Shown here: positions 1 through 9,812 of the stretch, in pieces
How the letters are laid out: every line of letters starts with the position of its first letter
Position numbering within the stretch: position 1 is the first letter of the stretch
NCBI GenBank assembly: GCA_963820035.1
Contig: CAWFYK010000002.1
Location: 724,524-788,523 of the forward strand
Origin: an uncultured Actinomycetota bacterium
Lineage (GTDB): Bacteria > Actinomycetota > Actinomycetes > Propionibacteriales > Nocardioidaceae
Reading direction: 5' to 3'
DNA length: 64,000 nt
Position numbers and translations under genes: made by a program
The notes under the pieces: model-generated
The model's input: the letters and a program-made list of their open reading frames with translations, nothing else
Told to the model about the DNA's origin: nothing
Databases searched by the model: none

Positions 1-649
1 CTGGGCGGAGTTCTGCGGGTTGCGGGTCGCGGTGGACCCAGGGGTGTTCGTGCCTCGTCGCCGCACCGAGCTCCTCGTGCGGGAGTCAGTCGCGCGCCTC
101 AAGCAAGCGACGCCTCGGGGCGCTCGCGCAGTGGTGGTCGACCTGTGCTGCGGGTCGGGTGCAGTTGCGGTGGCCATCGCCGCGGCCTGTGGTCGCGTCG
201 ACCTCTACGCGGTCGACATCGAACCCGCGTCGGTGGCCTGCGCGCGGCGAAACCTGCCGGCGGCCAGCAAGATCTACGAGGGTGACCTCTATGCGCCGCT
301 CCCCATCGAGCTGCGCGGCCGGGTGGATGTCGTGGTGGCCAACGCGCCCTACGTGCCGAGCGACGCCGTCAGGCTGCTGCCGCCCGAAGCGCGACTGCAC
401 GAACCCCGGCTGGCGCTCGACGGCGGTGCCGACGGACTTGAACTCATGCGCAGAGTGACGTCTGATGCGCCCCAATGGCTCGCGCGCAGCGGCTGCCTGC
501 TCGTGGAGACGAGTGAAGGTCAGGCGTCAGCAGCGCTAAAGGCGATGGCTCGCAGCGGACTGACCGGCCAGGTAACGGTCTGCGCCGACCTCGACGCCAC
601 GGTCGTCATCGGCACCGTGGCCGAAGACGTGGTCGGCCGACCCCGGTAG
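1..649 (+). CDS. PrmC/HemK-related N5-glutamine-type SAM methyltransferase; 5' end lies outside the window
   Basis: ORF 20..649, and the frame stays open back to base 2 (WAEFCG...). Has the SAM motif VVDLCCGSGAVA and the catalytic NAPYVP motif. Confidence 0.7.
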   Translation, partial: WAEFCGLRVAVDPGVFVPRRRTELLVRESVARLKQATPRGARAVVVDLCCGSGAVAVAIAAACGRVDLYAVDIEPASVACARRNLPAASKIYEGDLYAPLPIELRGRVDVVVANAPYVPSDAVRLLPPEARLHEPRLALDGGADGLELMRRVTSDAPQWLARSGCLLVETSEGQASAALKAMARSGLTGQVTVCADLDATVVIGTVAEDVVGRPR

Positions 650-852
650 GCACTCCCGGCCCAGCCGGCGAACACGACGTCACAGGATCGTCGGCATCGC
701 CGATGGATGGACAGACATCTCCCCCAGCAGCGCGATATTTCGCCATCGGGACAACACCGCGCGGAGCTCCTCGGCCAGTGCGCATGAGGTCCCCGGCTGG
801 CTGACTCGTTGCACGCCGTGCACGAACCCGATCGGCGTGACGTCGAAGCCCG

Positions 853-1278
853 TCATCCGTGGGAGCTGCTGGGAAGCGGCGTGCCCTGCGCTGACATGAG
901 ACGCCATCTCCCGTCGTCGCGTGAGTAGACATGGGTGTAGCGGCTGGGGGTCGTGGCCGGCTGCTGGCCCGCCACCTGCATGGTGAGCGCGGTGCGCCCG
1001 ACGGCGACGGCCACCCCGGGACGGAGTCGGACGGTCACGTCAGCGAGGTCCCGCTCGATCGCCGTGAAGGTCAACAGCTCGGAGCGCATGGCCTCGACCA
1101 GCGTGCTCCGATCGGCCACGTCACCGCTCCGCACATCGACGATGACGAAGTCGGCTGAGAGAACGGTTTCGAGGCTCTCGATGTCGCAGTTGAGCAGCGA
1201 CCCGAAGAACGTCTCCTCAGCCGCCAGCACCTCCTCCGTCAGCCCCTGCGCCTGCTCGTCTCTGCGAGTATCGGTCAT
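853..1278 (-). CDS. SnoaL-like / DUF4440 (NTF2-fold) protein
   Basis: 141-aa ORF. The pattern ...ADFVIVDVRSGDV...YTHVYSRDDGRWRLMSAQGTP is typical of DUF4440/NTF2-like proteins. Confidence 0.5.
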   Translation of the reverse strand: MTDTRRDEQAQGLTEEVLAAEETFFGSLLNCDIESLETVLSADFVIVDVRSGDVADRSTLVEAMRSELLTFTAIERDLADVTVRLRPGVAVAVGRTALTMQVAGQQPATTPSRYTHVYSRDDGRWRLMSAQGTPLPSSSHG

Positions 1279-1441
1279 GCCGTCGTCCCTTCGGTGAGGT
1301 CGACGGTCAGGCGGAGGGTGCGGACCACGGCGTCGTCCGGGCGGTGCGCGAGGGTACTGACTCTCGGAGGCTTCATCCTCACGACTCTACGATCCGTCCC
1401 CCATGACGGATCAAGCGCTTTGATCGTCGTACGGTGTCGGC

Positions 1442-2086
1442 ATGCTGCTCGTGTCGCACCGGACGCCCCGGACAGAGGCCGGCTGCGAGGAGTTGGCACG
1501 GGCCGGGGCCAGCCTCTTCGAGCTCGACGTTCAGCTCCACGGCGACCGGATGGTGGTGTCACACTTCCTACCGGTCTTCCGCCTGCCTGGCTGGCTGGAG
1601 AACGACAACTTCAGCCTGCGCTGGACGTCGAAGGCACACCGAGACCCCACCGTCCAGGACGTCGCGAAGCTGGTGCCCGCGCAATGCTTGGTTCTCCTCG
1701 ACCTCAAGGAGCATGACCCGGTACGACGGTCGGTGCTGAACCGGCGGATCGCGACGGAGCTGACCGACCCGACGCGATTCCGCATCTGCACGCGGGAGCA
1801 GACCGACCTGGACGAGCTTCGCGCCCACGGGTTCCGCACCTGGCGCACCATCGGCAATCGCCGCGACCTCGACCGCGTCGTCAGCGGCGGAGACCTGCCG
1901 GACGAGGCAGTCTCCCTACGGAAGTCGCTGGCGGACTCTGCCACGATCAGACGGCTCCATGGAGTGGTGCCGACCGTGGTGGCCTGGACGGTGAACAGCG
2001 TGGGAACCGCCCGCAAGCTCACCGACCTCGGGGTCGACGGCCTCACGACCGACAACGTGAACGTCATGACCCGGGCCTCCGCCTAG
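1442..2086 (+). CDS. Glycerophosphodiester phosphodiesterase family protein
   Basis: 214-aa ORF with FELDVQLHGDRMVVSH near the N-terminus and VVAWTVNS...LGVDGLTTDN at the C-terminus, both GDPD-like. Confidence 0.55.
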   Translation: MLLVSHRTPRTEAGCEELARAGASLFELDVQLHGDRMVVSHFLPVFRLPGWLENDNFSLRWTSKAHRDPTVQDVAKLVPAQCLVLLDLKEHDPVRRSVLNRRIATELTDPTRFRICTREQTDLDELRAHGFRTWRTIGNRRDLDRVVSGGDLPDEAVSLRKSLADSATIRRLHGVVPTVVAWTVNSVGTARKLTDLGVDGLTTDNVNVMTRASA

Positions 2087-2099
2087 GGTCGGCGTTGTG

Positions 2100-3960
2100 G
2101 CTCGACGGGGGGCGGGAGCGCCGTAGTCGGATGGACAGTCGCATATCGTTCGGGTCTGAGTTCCTTGGGTTCGAGATGATTGGGTATGCAGGGTCGTCCG
2201 CTTGATGAGCGTGAGTTGTTGGATGCCGAGTCGGTTGCTGGTCATTTGGTCGATGAGGGCAGCGTGTTCTGGTTGTTGGCCGAGCATCGCCGGGTGCTGT
2301 TCGCGGGGGCGATGTTCGCGGACCTGTTCCCTTCGGGTCGTGGTCGTCCCTCGGTACCGGTCGACATTGCCGCGTCGATCTTGGTCTTGCAGGCGTTGCA
2401 TGGGCTGTCGGACCGTGAAGCGATGGCCGCGTTACGGACTGATCTGCGGTGGAAGGTCGCGTGTGGTCTGCCGATCGGGCATGGCGGGTTCGACCCGTCG
2501 ACGTTGACGTATTGGCGCAAGCGCCTCGCGGCGAGCGCAGCGCCGAACCGGATCTTCGACGCGGTGAAGGCGGTGGTCGCGGAGACCGGGGTCCTCAATG
2601 GCAGGAACCGGCGGGCACTGGACTCGACCATCCTTGATGATGCGGTCGCGACCGAAGACACCGTGACGCAGCTGATCGCGGTGATCCGCAAGGTCCGTCG
2701 CGAGGTCCCCGGTGCTGCTGAGGTGGTGACCGAAAGGTGCAGTGCGCACGACTATGACAATCCGGGTAAGCCGCAGATCGCTTGGGACGACAGCGAAGCC
2801 CGCGCGGTCTTGGTCGATGCGTTGGTCCGCGACGCTCTCGCGCTGCTCGAGGTCCTCAGCACCTGGAGTCTGACGGGCCTGCGGCCGAGGCGGTCGCGTT
2901 GCTGGCGCTGATCGCGGGCCAAGACGTCGAGCCGGCGCCCGGGTCCGACGGCACCGACGGGCGCTGGCAGATCGCCCGCAGCGTCGCCCCGGACCGGGTG
3001 ATCAGCATCGTGGACCCCGAGGCGCGGCACGCCCATAAGACCGTGCATCGCCGCCAGGACGGGTTCAAGGCTCACCTCGCGGTCGAGCCCGAGACGGGGA
3101 TCACGACCGGGTGTGAGTTCACCAAGGCATCAGGCGTGGCGGCTGCGGACGGCACGACCGGGATCCGGCTCCTCGACCACGACACCACCCTGGCCGAGCT
3201 CGACCAGGACGAGGTCGCCGACGTGCTGGGTGACAGCGCCTACGGCACCGGTGACGCACTCGAGGCGATCATCGGAGCCGGGCACGTCCCCCTGGTCAAG
3301 CCGGGACCGCTCAAGGCGACCGTTCCGGGCGGGTTCACCCTGGACGACTTCACCATCGATGAGCAAGCCGGGACCGCGACCTGCCCCAACGGCTTGACCC
3401 GCCCGATCACCAAGACCCGAAAAGTGACCTTCGGGGCAGGCTGTCGAGAGTGCCCGCTCCGGGCGCTGTGCACGACCGCCAAGTCCGGCCGGATGCTGAA
3501 CCTGCACCAGCACCATGGGCTGCTGCGTGACCACCGCAAACGCGCGAAAGACCCTGCCTGGCAAGCCGCCTACCGCCAACACCGGCCGATGGTCGAGCGC
3601 TCGATCGCCTGGCTGGTCGCCGGCGGGAACGCAAGGTCCGCTACCGCGGCGTCACCAAAAACAACGCCTGGCTCCACAACCGCACCGCAGCCCTGAACCT
3701 GCGCCGACTGCTGAACCTCGGCCTCATCCGACAGCACGGGGCCGGGCCCTGGCCTGAGTCCAACAGCAGCCACCACAAGCCAGCATCCGAGGGCCCGCCA
3801 GGCCCCAGGACGCCCTACGCGGTCGACCATCGGCCACCTCGCGCACACCGAACGAGGCAGTCACAACCACGCCACGACACGTGACAAGTCCCCAGCCGAG
3901 CGAGCATCAGCTGACAACCCCCCGAAACAAGCCTTGTTCAGCAGTCTCCTAGTCAGGCGG
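2100..3960 (+). mobile_element. Decayed IS1182-family insertion sequence; ends not defined
   Basis: Contains the frameshifted transposase listed below. A C-terminal-like ...ALFSSLL coding remnant lies near 3930-3950. I could not verify terminal inverted repeats. Confidence 0.5.
2180..3882 (+). pseudogene. IS1182-family DDE transposase, disrupted by at least two frameshifts
   Basis: ORFs 2180..2911 and 2782..3696 plus a third frame (RKVRYRGVTKNNAWLHNRTAALNLRRLLNLGL...) together rebuild one transposase. Recognisable segments are LHGLSDREA...LRWKVACGL, RVISIVDPEARHAHKT, GDSAYGTGD and RPMVERSIAWLV. Frame switches fall near 2870-2910 and 3625. Confidence 0.75.
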
Positions 3961-3984
3961 CTCGAGTTGATCTAGACGTCAACA

Positions 3985-4192
3985 GCGCAGTGATGCGGCG
4001 GCTCTTCGGGGAAGCCGCGGTGACGTGGCGCCTCACCTCGGTCGAATGACATATCCACGCACCTGCGTTGATATGGCGGTTGGATCGGCAATCTGACCGC
4101 AACTTCCACGCACATGCGTGGATCCGTTCGCGAACGCCCGTGTGAGGCGCCAGGACAACGGATCGCGGCTCGAGAGCCGCTGCGTCACTGCG
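3985..4192. repeat. Head-to-head pair of an approximately 100-bp conserved module (P-module), each headed by an ATCCACGCA-NN-TGCGTGGAT-type palindrome
   Basis: Palindromes at 4051-4074 (ATATCCACGCACCTGCGTTGATAT) and 4105-4122 (TCCACGCACATGCGTGGA, perfect 8-bp arms). Each is followed outward by GTGAGGCGCCA(C/G)G...CAC and GAGCCGC(C/T)GC(A/G)TCACTGCGC blocks. A third copy lies at 22228-22318. Confidence 0.7.
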
Positions 4193-4517
4193 CCTTTTCA
4201 CCCCGAGGTCATCGCGAGTGACCTCTACTCCAGTGGCGGGACCACGGTGGGGTGGCTAGCATCGAAGTAATGGGTTGTGACGCTGCGGAGTTCCGCCAGT
4301 CAGGTGGGATCCGGAGGCTGGGCCAGTGAGGGCCCGCGCGCAACCCGACCCGATGGGCGGCCGACAGCTACACCTTCGGACGCGCCGACCGGGTCACTCT
4401 TCGGGCTACGCCGAGGGCTCCAGCAGACGACGAAGCAACTCGGCGCCCGACGATAAGACGGCCGCGGTGAGAGCCGGGTAGGTCGTCACGAAACCTGACC
4501 ATCGATTCGGCAACCAG

Positions 4518-5756
4518 TTGCCGAACAAGAAGGGAAGTGTCATGCCGGGAAACCGCGTAGTCGTATACAAGGGACCGGGCGAAGTGGCCGTCGAGAGCAC
4601 CGACTACCCCAAGCTCGAGCTGCCCGACGACGTAGCCAAGGGCATCGGGGTCAAGAAGAATGCTCCCCACGCCGCCATCCTCAAGCTCGTCACCACCAAC
4701 ATCTGTGGAAGCGACCAGCACATGGTCCGAGGGCGCACGACTGCGCCGGTCGGACAGACCCTCGGTCACGAGATCACCGGAGAGGTCGTCGAGGTCGGTG
4801 ACGACGTGCTGTTCGTGAAGGAAGGGGACATCTGCTCCGTCCCGTTCAACATCGCCTGCGGTCGATGCCGCATGTGCAACGAGGGTAAGACGGGGATCTG
4901 CCTGAACGTCAACCCTGCAAGGGCCGGGGCGGCGTACGGATATGTCGACATGGGCGGCTGGATCGGCGGCCAGGCGGAGTACGTCATGGTGCCCTACGCC
5001 GACTTCAACCTGCTCCGGTTCCCCGACCGGGACCAGGCCCTCGAGAAGATCCTGGACCTGACGATGCTCTCGGACATCTTCCCGACGGGCTATCACGGGG
5101 CCCACACGGCGGGCGTGACGAGCGGCTCCACCGTCTACGTCGCTGGGGCCGGACCGGTCGGCCTCGCCGCGGCATACTCCGCCCACCTCCTCGGTGCCGC
5201 AACCGTCATCGTCGGGGACATGAACCCGGAGCGGCTACGCCAGGCCGAGAGCTTCGGCTGCGAGACCGTCGACCTGAGCACGGGCGACGAGCTGGCCGAC
5301 CTCATCGCGAAGCTGCTCGGAGAACCGGAGGTCGACGCCGCCGTGGACGCTGTCGGCTTCGAGGCACGTGGCCACGGAGCCGACGCGGAGGAGGCGCCCG
5401 CGACCGTGCTCAACGACATCATGACGGTCGCTCGTGCCGGAGCCTCGCTCGGCATCCCCGGCCTGTATGTCACCGGTGACCCGGGCGGCATCGACGACAA
5501 CGCCAAAGTCGGCCAGATCGGTGTCAAGCTGGGTCTGGGCTGGGCAAAGTCGCACGCCTTCGTCACGGGCCAGTGCCCGGTGAAGCGCTACAACCGCCAG
5601 CTCATGAACATGATTCTGAGCGGCAAGGCCGAGATCGCGAAGGCGGTCAACGCGGTTGCAATCCCCTTGGACGACGCCCCGAAGGGCTACCGAGACTTCG
5701 ACAAGGGAGCAGCCAAGAAGTTCGTGCTCGACCCGCACGGGATGGTGCCTGCCTGA
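4518..5756 (+). CDS. fdhA: Glutathione-independent formaldehyde dehydrogenase (Zn-dependent MDR family)
   Basis: Near-colinear with Pseudomonas putida FdhA as I remember it (TNICGSDQHMVRGRTTA, VPFNIACGRCRMC, GYVDMGGWIGGQAEYV, VAGAGPVGLAAA). The start may instead be the second Met at 4542. Confidence 0.85.
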   Translation: MPNKKGSVMPGNRVVVYKGPGEVAVESTDYPKLELPDDVAKGIGVKKNAPHAAILKLVTTNICGSDQHMVRGRTTAPVGQTLGHEITGEVVEVGDDVLFVKEGDICSVPFNIACGRCRMCNEGKTGICLNVNPARAGAAYGYVDMGGWIGGQAEYVMVPYADFNLLRFPDRDQALEKILDLTMLSDIFPTGYHGAHTAGVTSGSTVYVAGAGPVGLAAAYSAHLLGAATVIVGDMNPERLRQAESFGCETVDLSTGDELADLIAKLLGEPEVDAAVDAVGFEARGHGADAEEAPATVLNDIMTVARAGASLGIPGLYVTGDPGGIDDNAKVGQIGVKLGLGWAKSHAFVTGQCPVKRYNRQLMNMILSGKAEIAKAVNAVAIPLDDAPKGYRDFDKGAAKKFVLDPHGMVPA

Positions 5757-5804
5757 CGGGCGGTCCGTCATACCGCGTGCCACGAGGACGACTGATGGGA
5801 CGCA

Positions 5805-5837
5805 CTGAGGGTCGGAGCAGGTCGCTCCGACCCTCAG
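5805..5837. terminator. Bidirectional intrinsic-terminator-like hairpin between convergent genes
   Basis: Perfect 14-bp stem CTGAGGGTCGGAGC / GCTCCGACCCTCAG with the 5-nt loop AGGTC, followed by GTTGTTT. It lies between the fdhA stop and the stop of the 5891 gene. Confidence 0.7.
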
Positions 5838-5890
5838 CCCGTTGTTTCGCCTGCCGACGACGAGCGTCCGCCGTCCTCTAAGGCAGATCT

Positions 5891-6541
5891 CTAGGACAGG
5901 GTCGCGATGAAGTCGCTGTTGAACCCGAAGCACTGGTCGAGCCCAGCCCAGGTCGTGCAGTTGTTGAAGGCGCCGCCGTAGTTCTGCCAGACGTCGATGG
6001 CGCCGAGCGGAGCGTTCGTGGTCTCCCAGTACCAGCCACCCACGACGCCGTAGTCCATCGACCCCTGGACTGATGCGAAGTACTTGCCCTTCGTCAGCAC
6101 GACCTTCCTGATGTCGAGGCTCAGCACTGGGCTCGGGAAGTCGCCCCTGATGGTCCGCTTGGCGATGACCTTGCCCGGCAGTCCCTTCCTCGCCTTGTAG
6201 AACTTCACAGTGAAGCTGTCCGAAGGACCGGAGCCTCCGGCATAGACACCGGTGGCAGCAACGTTCGTAATGACGCACCTCCTCTTGACGGCGAAGTCGA
6301 AGGCGCCGATCGAGCTGTAGCCCGCGGGGTCCGCCGTCTTCGTCGAAAGGATGCCCGTGCCGGAGTCGGCGCCCGTCTGGCTGTAACAGGCCCCCTTCGC
6401 CGGGACGGCCGCCTGGTGTGAGACCGCATGCCGGGCGACGGCCGCGTCGGTCGAATGAGCGCTCGCCTGGCCGGCGAATGCGGTGGCGGCGATGAGCGCG
6501 GCGGCACTGACCCCCGCGAGGGACATGAAGCTGGGACGCAT
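5891..6541 (-). CDS. Secreted hypothetical protein
   Basis: Start chosen at MRPSFMSLAGVSAAALIAATAFAGQASA (signal peptide) with GGAG upstream. No family recognised. Confidence 0.55.
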   Translation of the reverse strand: MRPSFMSLAGVSAAALIAATAFAGQASAHSTDAAVARHAVSHQAAVPAKGACYSQTGADSGTGILSTKTADPAGYSSIGAFDFAVKRRCVITNVAATGVYAGGSGPSDSFTVKFYKARKGLPGKVIAKRTIRGDFPSPVLSLDIRKVVLTKGKYFASVQGSMDYGVVGGWYWETTNAPLGAIDVWQNYGGAFNNCTTWAGLDQCFGFNSDFIATLS

Positions 6542-6853
6542 GTTCGGGTACTCCACTCTCTTAGACCTGGTGCCGATCTCTGGGGAGAAAAGACTCCCGC
6601 GGGCGATTGGCGGGACGGTCAAAGAGTACGGACGGATGTCCGTGTCTCCTATAGATACAAGGGATCACCCACAATGATGCGAAGGGTCCGTTGTGCGCAG
6701 GGCTCGGCCTGTGCTACCGCGGGGGCGAGCTCATGCCGGTGTCGCGAGCGAACTGCTGGGTTCCGCCGAGGCTGGGTCGCGCCAAGCCTTAGGCTGGGTT
6801 CGCCGGTCGCGTCGACGACCGCACCCGCGACCGCCGAAGGAGCAGTCACGCTG

Positions 6854-8053
6854 ATGGTGAGGAAGACGCCGTTCCACGACCGGCTGAGCGAGCTCAACGA
6901 CACAGGTCTCTACACGCACTGGCAGGGCTACCTGTCGGCGCAACGCTACAGCCACTCAGCCAAGCACGAGTATTTCGCGGTGCGCAACAGCGTCGGCATC
7001 TTCGACACCTCACCCCTCTACAAATACTGGATCCGTGGCCGCGACGCCGAGCGGTTCCTGGCCGGGGTGCTGCTGCGCGACATCCGCGGCTGCCGGCCCG
7101 GGCACGCGCACTACACGATCTGGTGCGACGACGGCGGTTTCGTGATGGAGGACGGGGTCGTGTTCCGGCACTCCCCGACGGAGTTCCTGATGACGGCGGC
7201 GCGCCCGAACGTGGGCTACCTCGATGGGCTGGTGGGCAGACTCGACGTGGCGATCGAGGATGTCACGGAGGCGTTCGGAGTACTCGCCGTGCAAGGCCCG
7301 CGCTCACGAGAGGTGCTCTCGATGCTGACAGGCGGCGAGGCAGAGCGCCTGCGCTTCTTCGAGCTGACGAACACCAAGATCGCCTCCGCCCCTGTCACCG
7401 TCTCCCGGACCGGTTACACCGGTGACCTCGGATACGAGATCGCGGTGCCGTCGGACCGGGCGCTCGACGTGCTCGATGCCGTGCTCGATGCCGGTGAGGG
7501 GCGCGGACTACGACCCTTCGGCGAGGAGGCCCTGATGATGCTGCGCATCGAGGCCGGCCTGCCTCTGATCGACGTGGAGTTCCGCAACAGCCGACTCGCC
7601 TTCACCGACCACGACCGCGTCACGCCGAAGGAGCTCGGCATGGGTTGGATGCTCCGCGGTCTCGACGGCGACAGGGCCTTCGTCGGCCGGGACGCCATCC
7701 GCCGCGAGCTTGCTGACAGCACCTCGCGCTGGGCCACGGTCGGCATCGTCGTCGACTGGCAGGACTGGGACCGGCTCTACCGGGATGGCGGGCTCCTCCC
7801 ACCGAAGAACGAGACCCCGCTCCCCTACGAGTCCATGCTCTACGACGATGACCGCGTCCAGATCGGCTACGCCACCAGCTTCATGTACTCCCCTGTGCTG
7901 CAACGGCACATCGGCATCGCTCGGGTGCGACCGGACCACGCGGCAACGGGGAGCCAGGTCCGCCTCGAGCTCAGCATCAACCACCACAACACGACAGTCC
8001 TCGCGACTACCGCGCGACTCCCTCTGTTCAACCCCGGACGAAAGACGGCATGA
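6854..8053 (+). CDS. Aminomethyltransferase (GcvT) family folate-binding protein
   Basis: Motifs: MVRKTPFHDRL..., VGIFDTSPLYKYWIRG, VLAVQGPRSREVL, SRTGYTGDLGYEI. Start set at ATG 6854 after AAGGAG; the long upstream part of ORF 6428.. is not protein-like. Confidence 0.8.
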   Translation: MVRKTPFHDRLSELNDTGLYTHWQGYLSAQRYSHSAKHEYFAVRNSVGIFDTSPLYKYWIRGRDAERFLAGVLLRDIRGCRPGHAHYTIWCDDGGFVMEDGVVFRHSPTEFLMTAARPNVGYLDGLVGRLDVAIEDVTEAFGVLAVQGPRSREVLSMLTGGEAERLRFFELTNTKIASAPVTVSRTGYTGDLGYEIAVPSDRALDVLDAVLDAGEGRGLRPFGEEALMMLRIEAGLPLIDVEFRNSRLAFTDHDRVTPKELGMGWMLRGLDGDRAFVGRDAIRRELADSTSRWATVGIVVDWQDWDRLYRDGGLLPPKNETPLPYESMLYDDDRVQIGYATSFMYSPVLQRHIGIARVRPDHAATGSQVRLELSINHHNTTVLATTARLPLFNPGRKTA

Positions 8054-9681
8054 CCTCTATGACTGCTCCGACCACGCCAGCTGCCGCATCGTCGTACGAC
8101 GCCATCGTCGTCGGCGGCGGGCACAACGGTCTCGTCAACGGCGCCTATCTCGCCAAGTCGGGGCTTCGAACCCTCATCCTGGAGCGTCGCCACCTCGTCG
8201 GCGGAGCGGCCATCACGGAGGAGCTGGTCCCTGGCTTTCAGTTCACCACGTTCTCGTATGCGCTGAGTCTGCTGCGGCCGGAGATCATCCAGGAGCTCGA
8301 GCTGGTCAAGAACGGCTTCCTGCCGTTGCTCATGCCGTCGTCCTTCCACCCCACCGAGGACGGTGGCTATCTCTACCTGGGCGACGACCATGACCTCAAC
8401 ATCCAGGAGATCAAGCGGCACTCGCCCCACGACGCCGACGCCTACGACCGCTACCACCACGACCTCGACCGCGTCGTACAGGCCATCCGCCCGCTTTTCG
8501 ACAACCCGCCACCGAACATCTTCGGCAAGGACCCCGAGGACCTCGCCGACGTCTCCTGGCTGCTGACGCAGCTCGGCAGCGTCGAGAAGAAGGTGCTGCA
8601 CGACACGGTACGGTTGCTGACCGGCAGCGCGTCGGACTGGCTCGACGACTACTTCGAGAACGACGCGGTCAAGGCCTACCACGCCTCCTCGAGCATCATC
8701 GGCTCGAAGGTCGGGCCGATGTCACAGGGCTCCGGGCTGGTGCTGCTTTTCCACAAGATGGGCGAGCACGATGGACATCTCGGCTCCTGGGCGTTCCACA
8801 AGGGCGGCAACGGCGGGTTCACGCAGGTACTGGCCCGCGCCGCCCAGTCCTATGGCGCCGAGATCCGGCTCGAGTCGGCCGTGACCGCCGTGATCACGAA
8901 GGAGGGCCGCGTGACGGGAGTCGCCCTCGAGGACGGCACGGAGTTTCATGCGCCGGTCGTCGTGTCGGCGCTCGACCCGCGCCGGACGTTCCTCGAGCTG
9001 GTGGAGCCGCGCGAGCTCCCCGGCGACCTCGTCGACAGCATCGAGCGCTTCCGGTTCCAGGGAACGTCGGCGAAGGTGAACTTCGCGCTCGACGGCCTCC
9101 CGACCTACCCGGCACTGCCCGACACGTCTGACCACTACGGCGGGTTCGTCAACATCGGCCCCACCATCGAGTACGTCGAGCGGGCGTTCGACGACGCGAA
9201 GTACGGCTGGTACAGCAAGCGGCCCTTCATCGACGGGGCGATCCAGTCCGTCGTCGACCCTGACATGGCACCCCCCGGGAAGCATGTGATGTCGTGCTTC
9301 GTCCAGTACGCGCCGTACCACCTCAAGAACGGCGACTGGGACAGCGAGCGGGACCGGTTCGGCGACACCGTGCAGGCGGTGCTGGAGTCGCATTTCCCGG
9401 GCTTCGGAGATCTCGTCCTGCATCGCGAGGTCGTGACCCCGCTCGACATCGAGCGGGTCACCGGGCTCAGCGAAGGCAACATCTTCGCAGGCGAGTTCCT
9501 GGCACCCCAGATGTACTTCTTCCGGCCGGCACCGGGCTGGAGCCAGTACCGCACCCCGATCGACGGCTACTACCAGTGCGGGTCCGGGACGCATCCCGGT
9601 GGCTGCGTCATCGGGTCACCGGGCAGGCTTGCCAGCATGCGCATCCTGCAGGACCTGGCTCAGAGCGACAGCAGAGGCTGA
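8050..9681 (+). CDS. Phytoene-desaturase-family (CrtI/PYROXD2-like) NAD(P)/FAD-dependent oxidoreductase
   Basis: N-terminal YDAIVVGGGHNGLVNGAYLAKSGL dinucleotide fold and C-terminal YQCGSGTHPGGCVIGSPG. The start overlaps the upstream stop (ATGA at 8050-8053). Confidence 0.75.
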   Translation: MTSMTAPTTPAAASSYDAIVVGGGHNGLVNGAYLAKSGLRTLILERRHLVGGAAITEELVPGFQFTTFSYALSLLRPEIIQELELVKNGFLPLLMPSSFHPTEDGGYLYLGDDHDLNIQEIKRHSPHDADAYDRYHHDLDRVVQAIRPLFDNPPPNIFGKDPEDLADVSWLLTQLGSVEKKVLHDTVRLLTGSASDWLDDYFENDAVKAYHASSSIIGSKVGPMSQGSGLVLLFHKMGEHDGHLGSWAFHKGGNGGFTQVLARAAQSYGAEIRLESAVTAVITKEGRVTGVALEDGTEFHAPVVVSALDPRRTFLELVEPRELPGDLVDSIERFRFQGTSAKVNFALDGLPTYPALPDTSDHYGGFVNIGPTIEYVERAFDDAKYGWYSKRPFIDGAIQSVVDPDMAPPGKHVMSCFVQYAPYHLKNGDWDSERDRFGDTVQAVLESHFPGFGDLVLHREVVTPLDIERVTGLSEGNIFAGEFLAPQMYFFRPAPGWSQYRTPIDGYYQCGSGTHPGGCVIGSPGRLASMRILQDLAQSDSRG

Positions 9682-9812
9682 CCGAGTCTGCGGGCCCCTT
9701 GGCTCGAGGACGGCGGAAACTTGGGTCGTCACCGGGGAGTGTTCGACGCCCCGCCGACGTTGACCTCCGATGCCGGGGTCGTCCGGCGTCCGCGATCAGT
9801 GAGGAGCCCAGC

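Noticed and set aside
3953-4201. 82-aa ORF on the minus strand covering the P-module pair
   Set aside because: It spans two inverted copies of a DNA repeat, so its sequence is dictated by the palindromes. It has no RBS and no protein-like features.
6542-6853. Glycine or other riboswitch in the 312-nt region upstream of the GcvT-family gene
   Set aside because: Only ACCGCCGAAGGAGCAG resembles the glycine-riboswitch ACCGAAGGGGCAA segment, and it doubles as the RBS. I could not find the GGAGAG or CUCUCAGG-type partner segments or a tandem aptamer. The region is also a shared divergent promoter.
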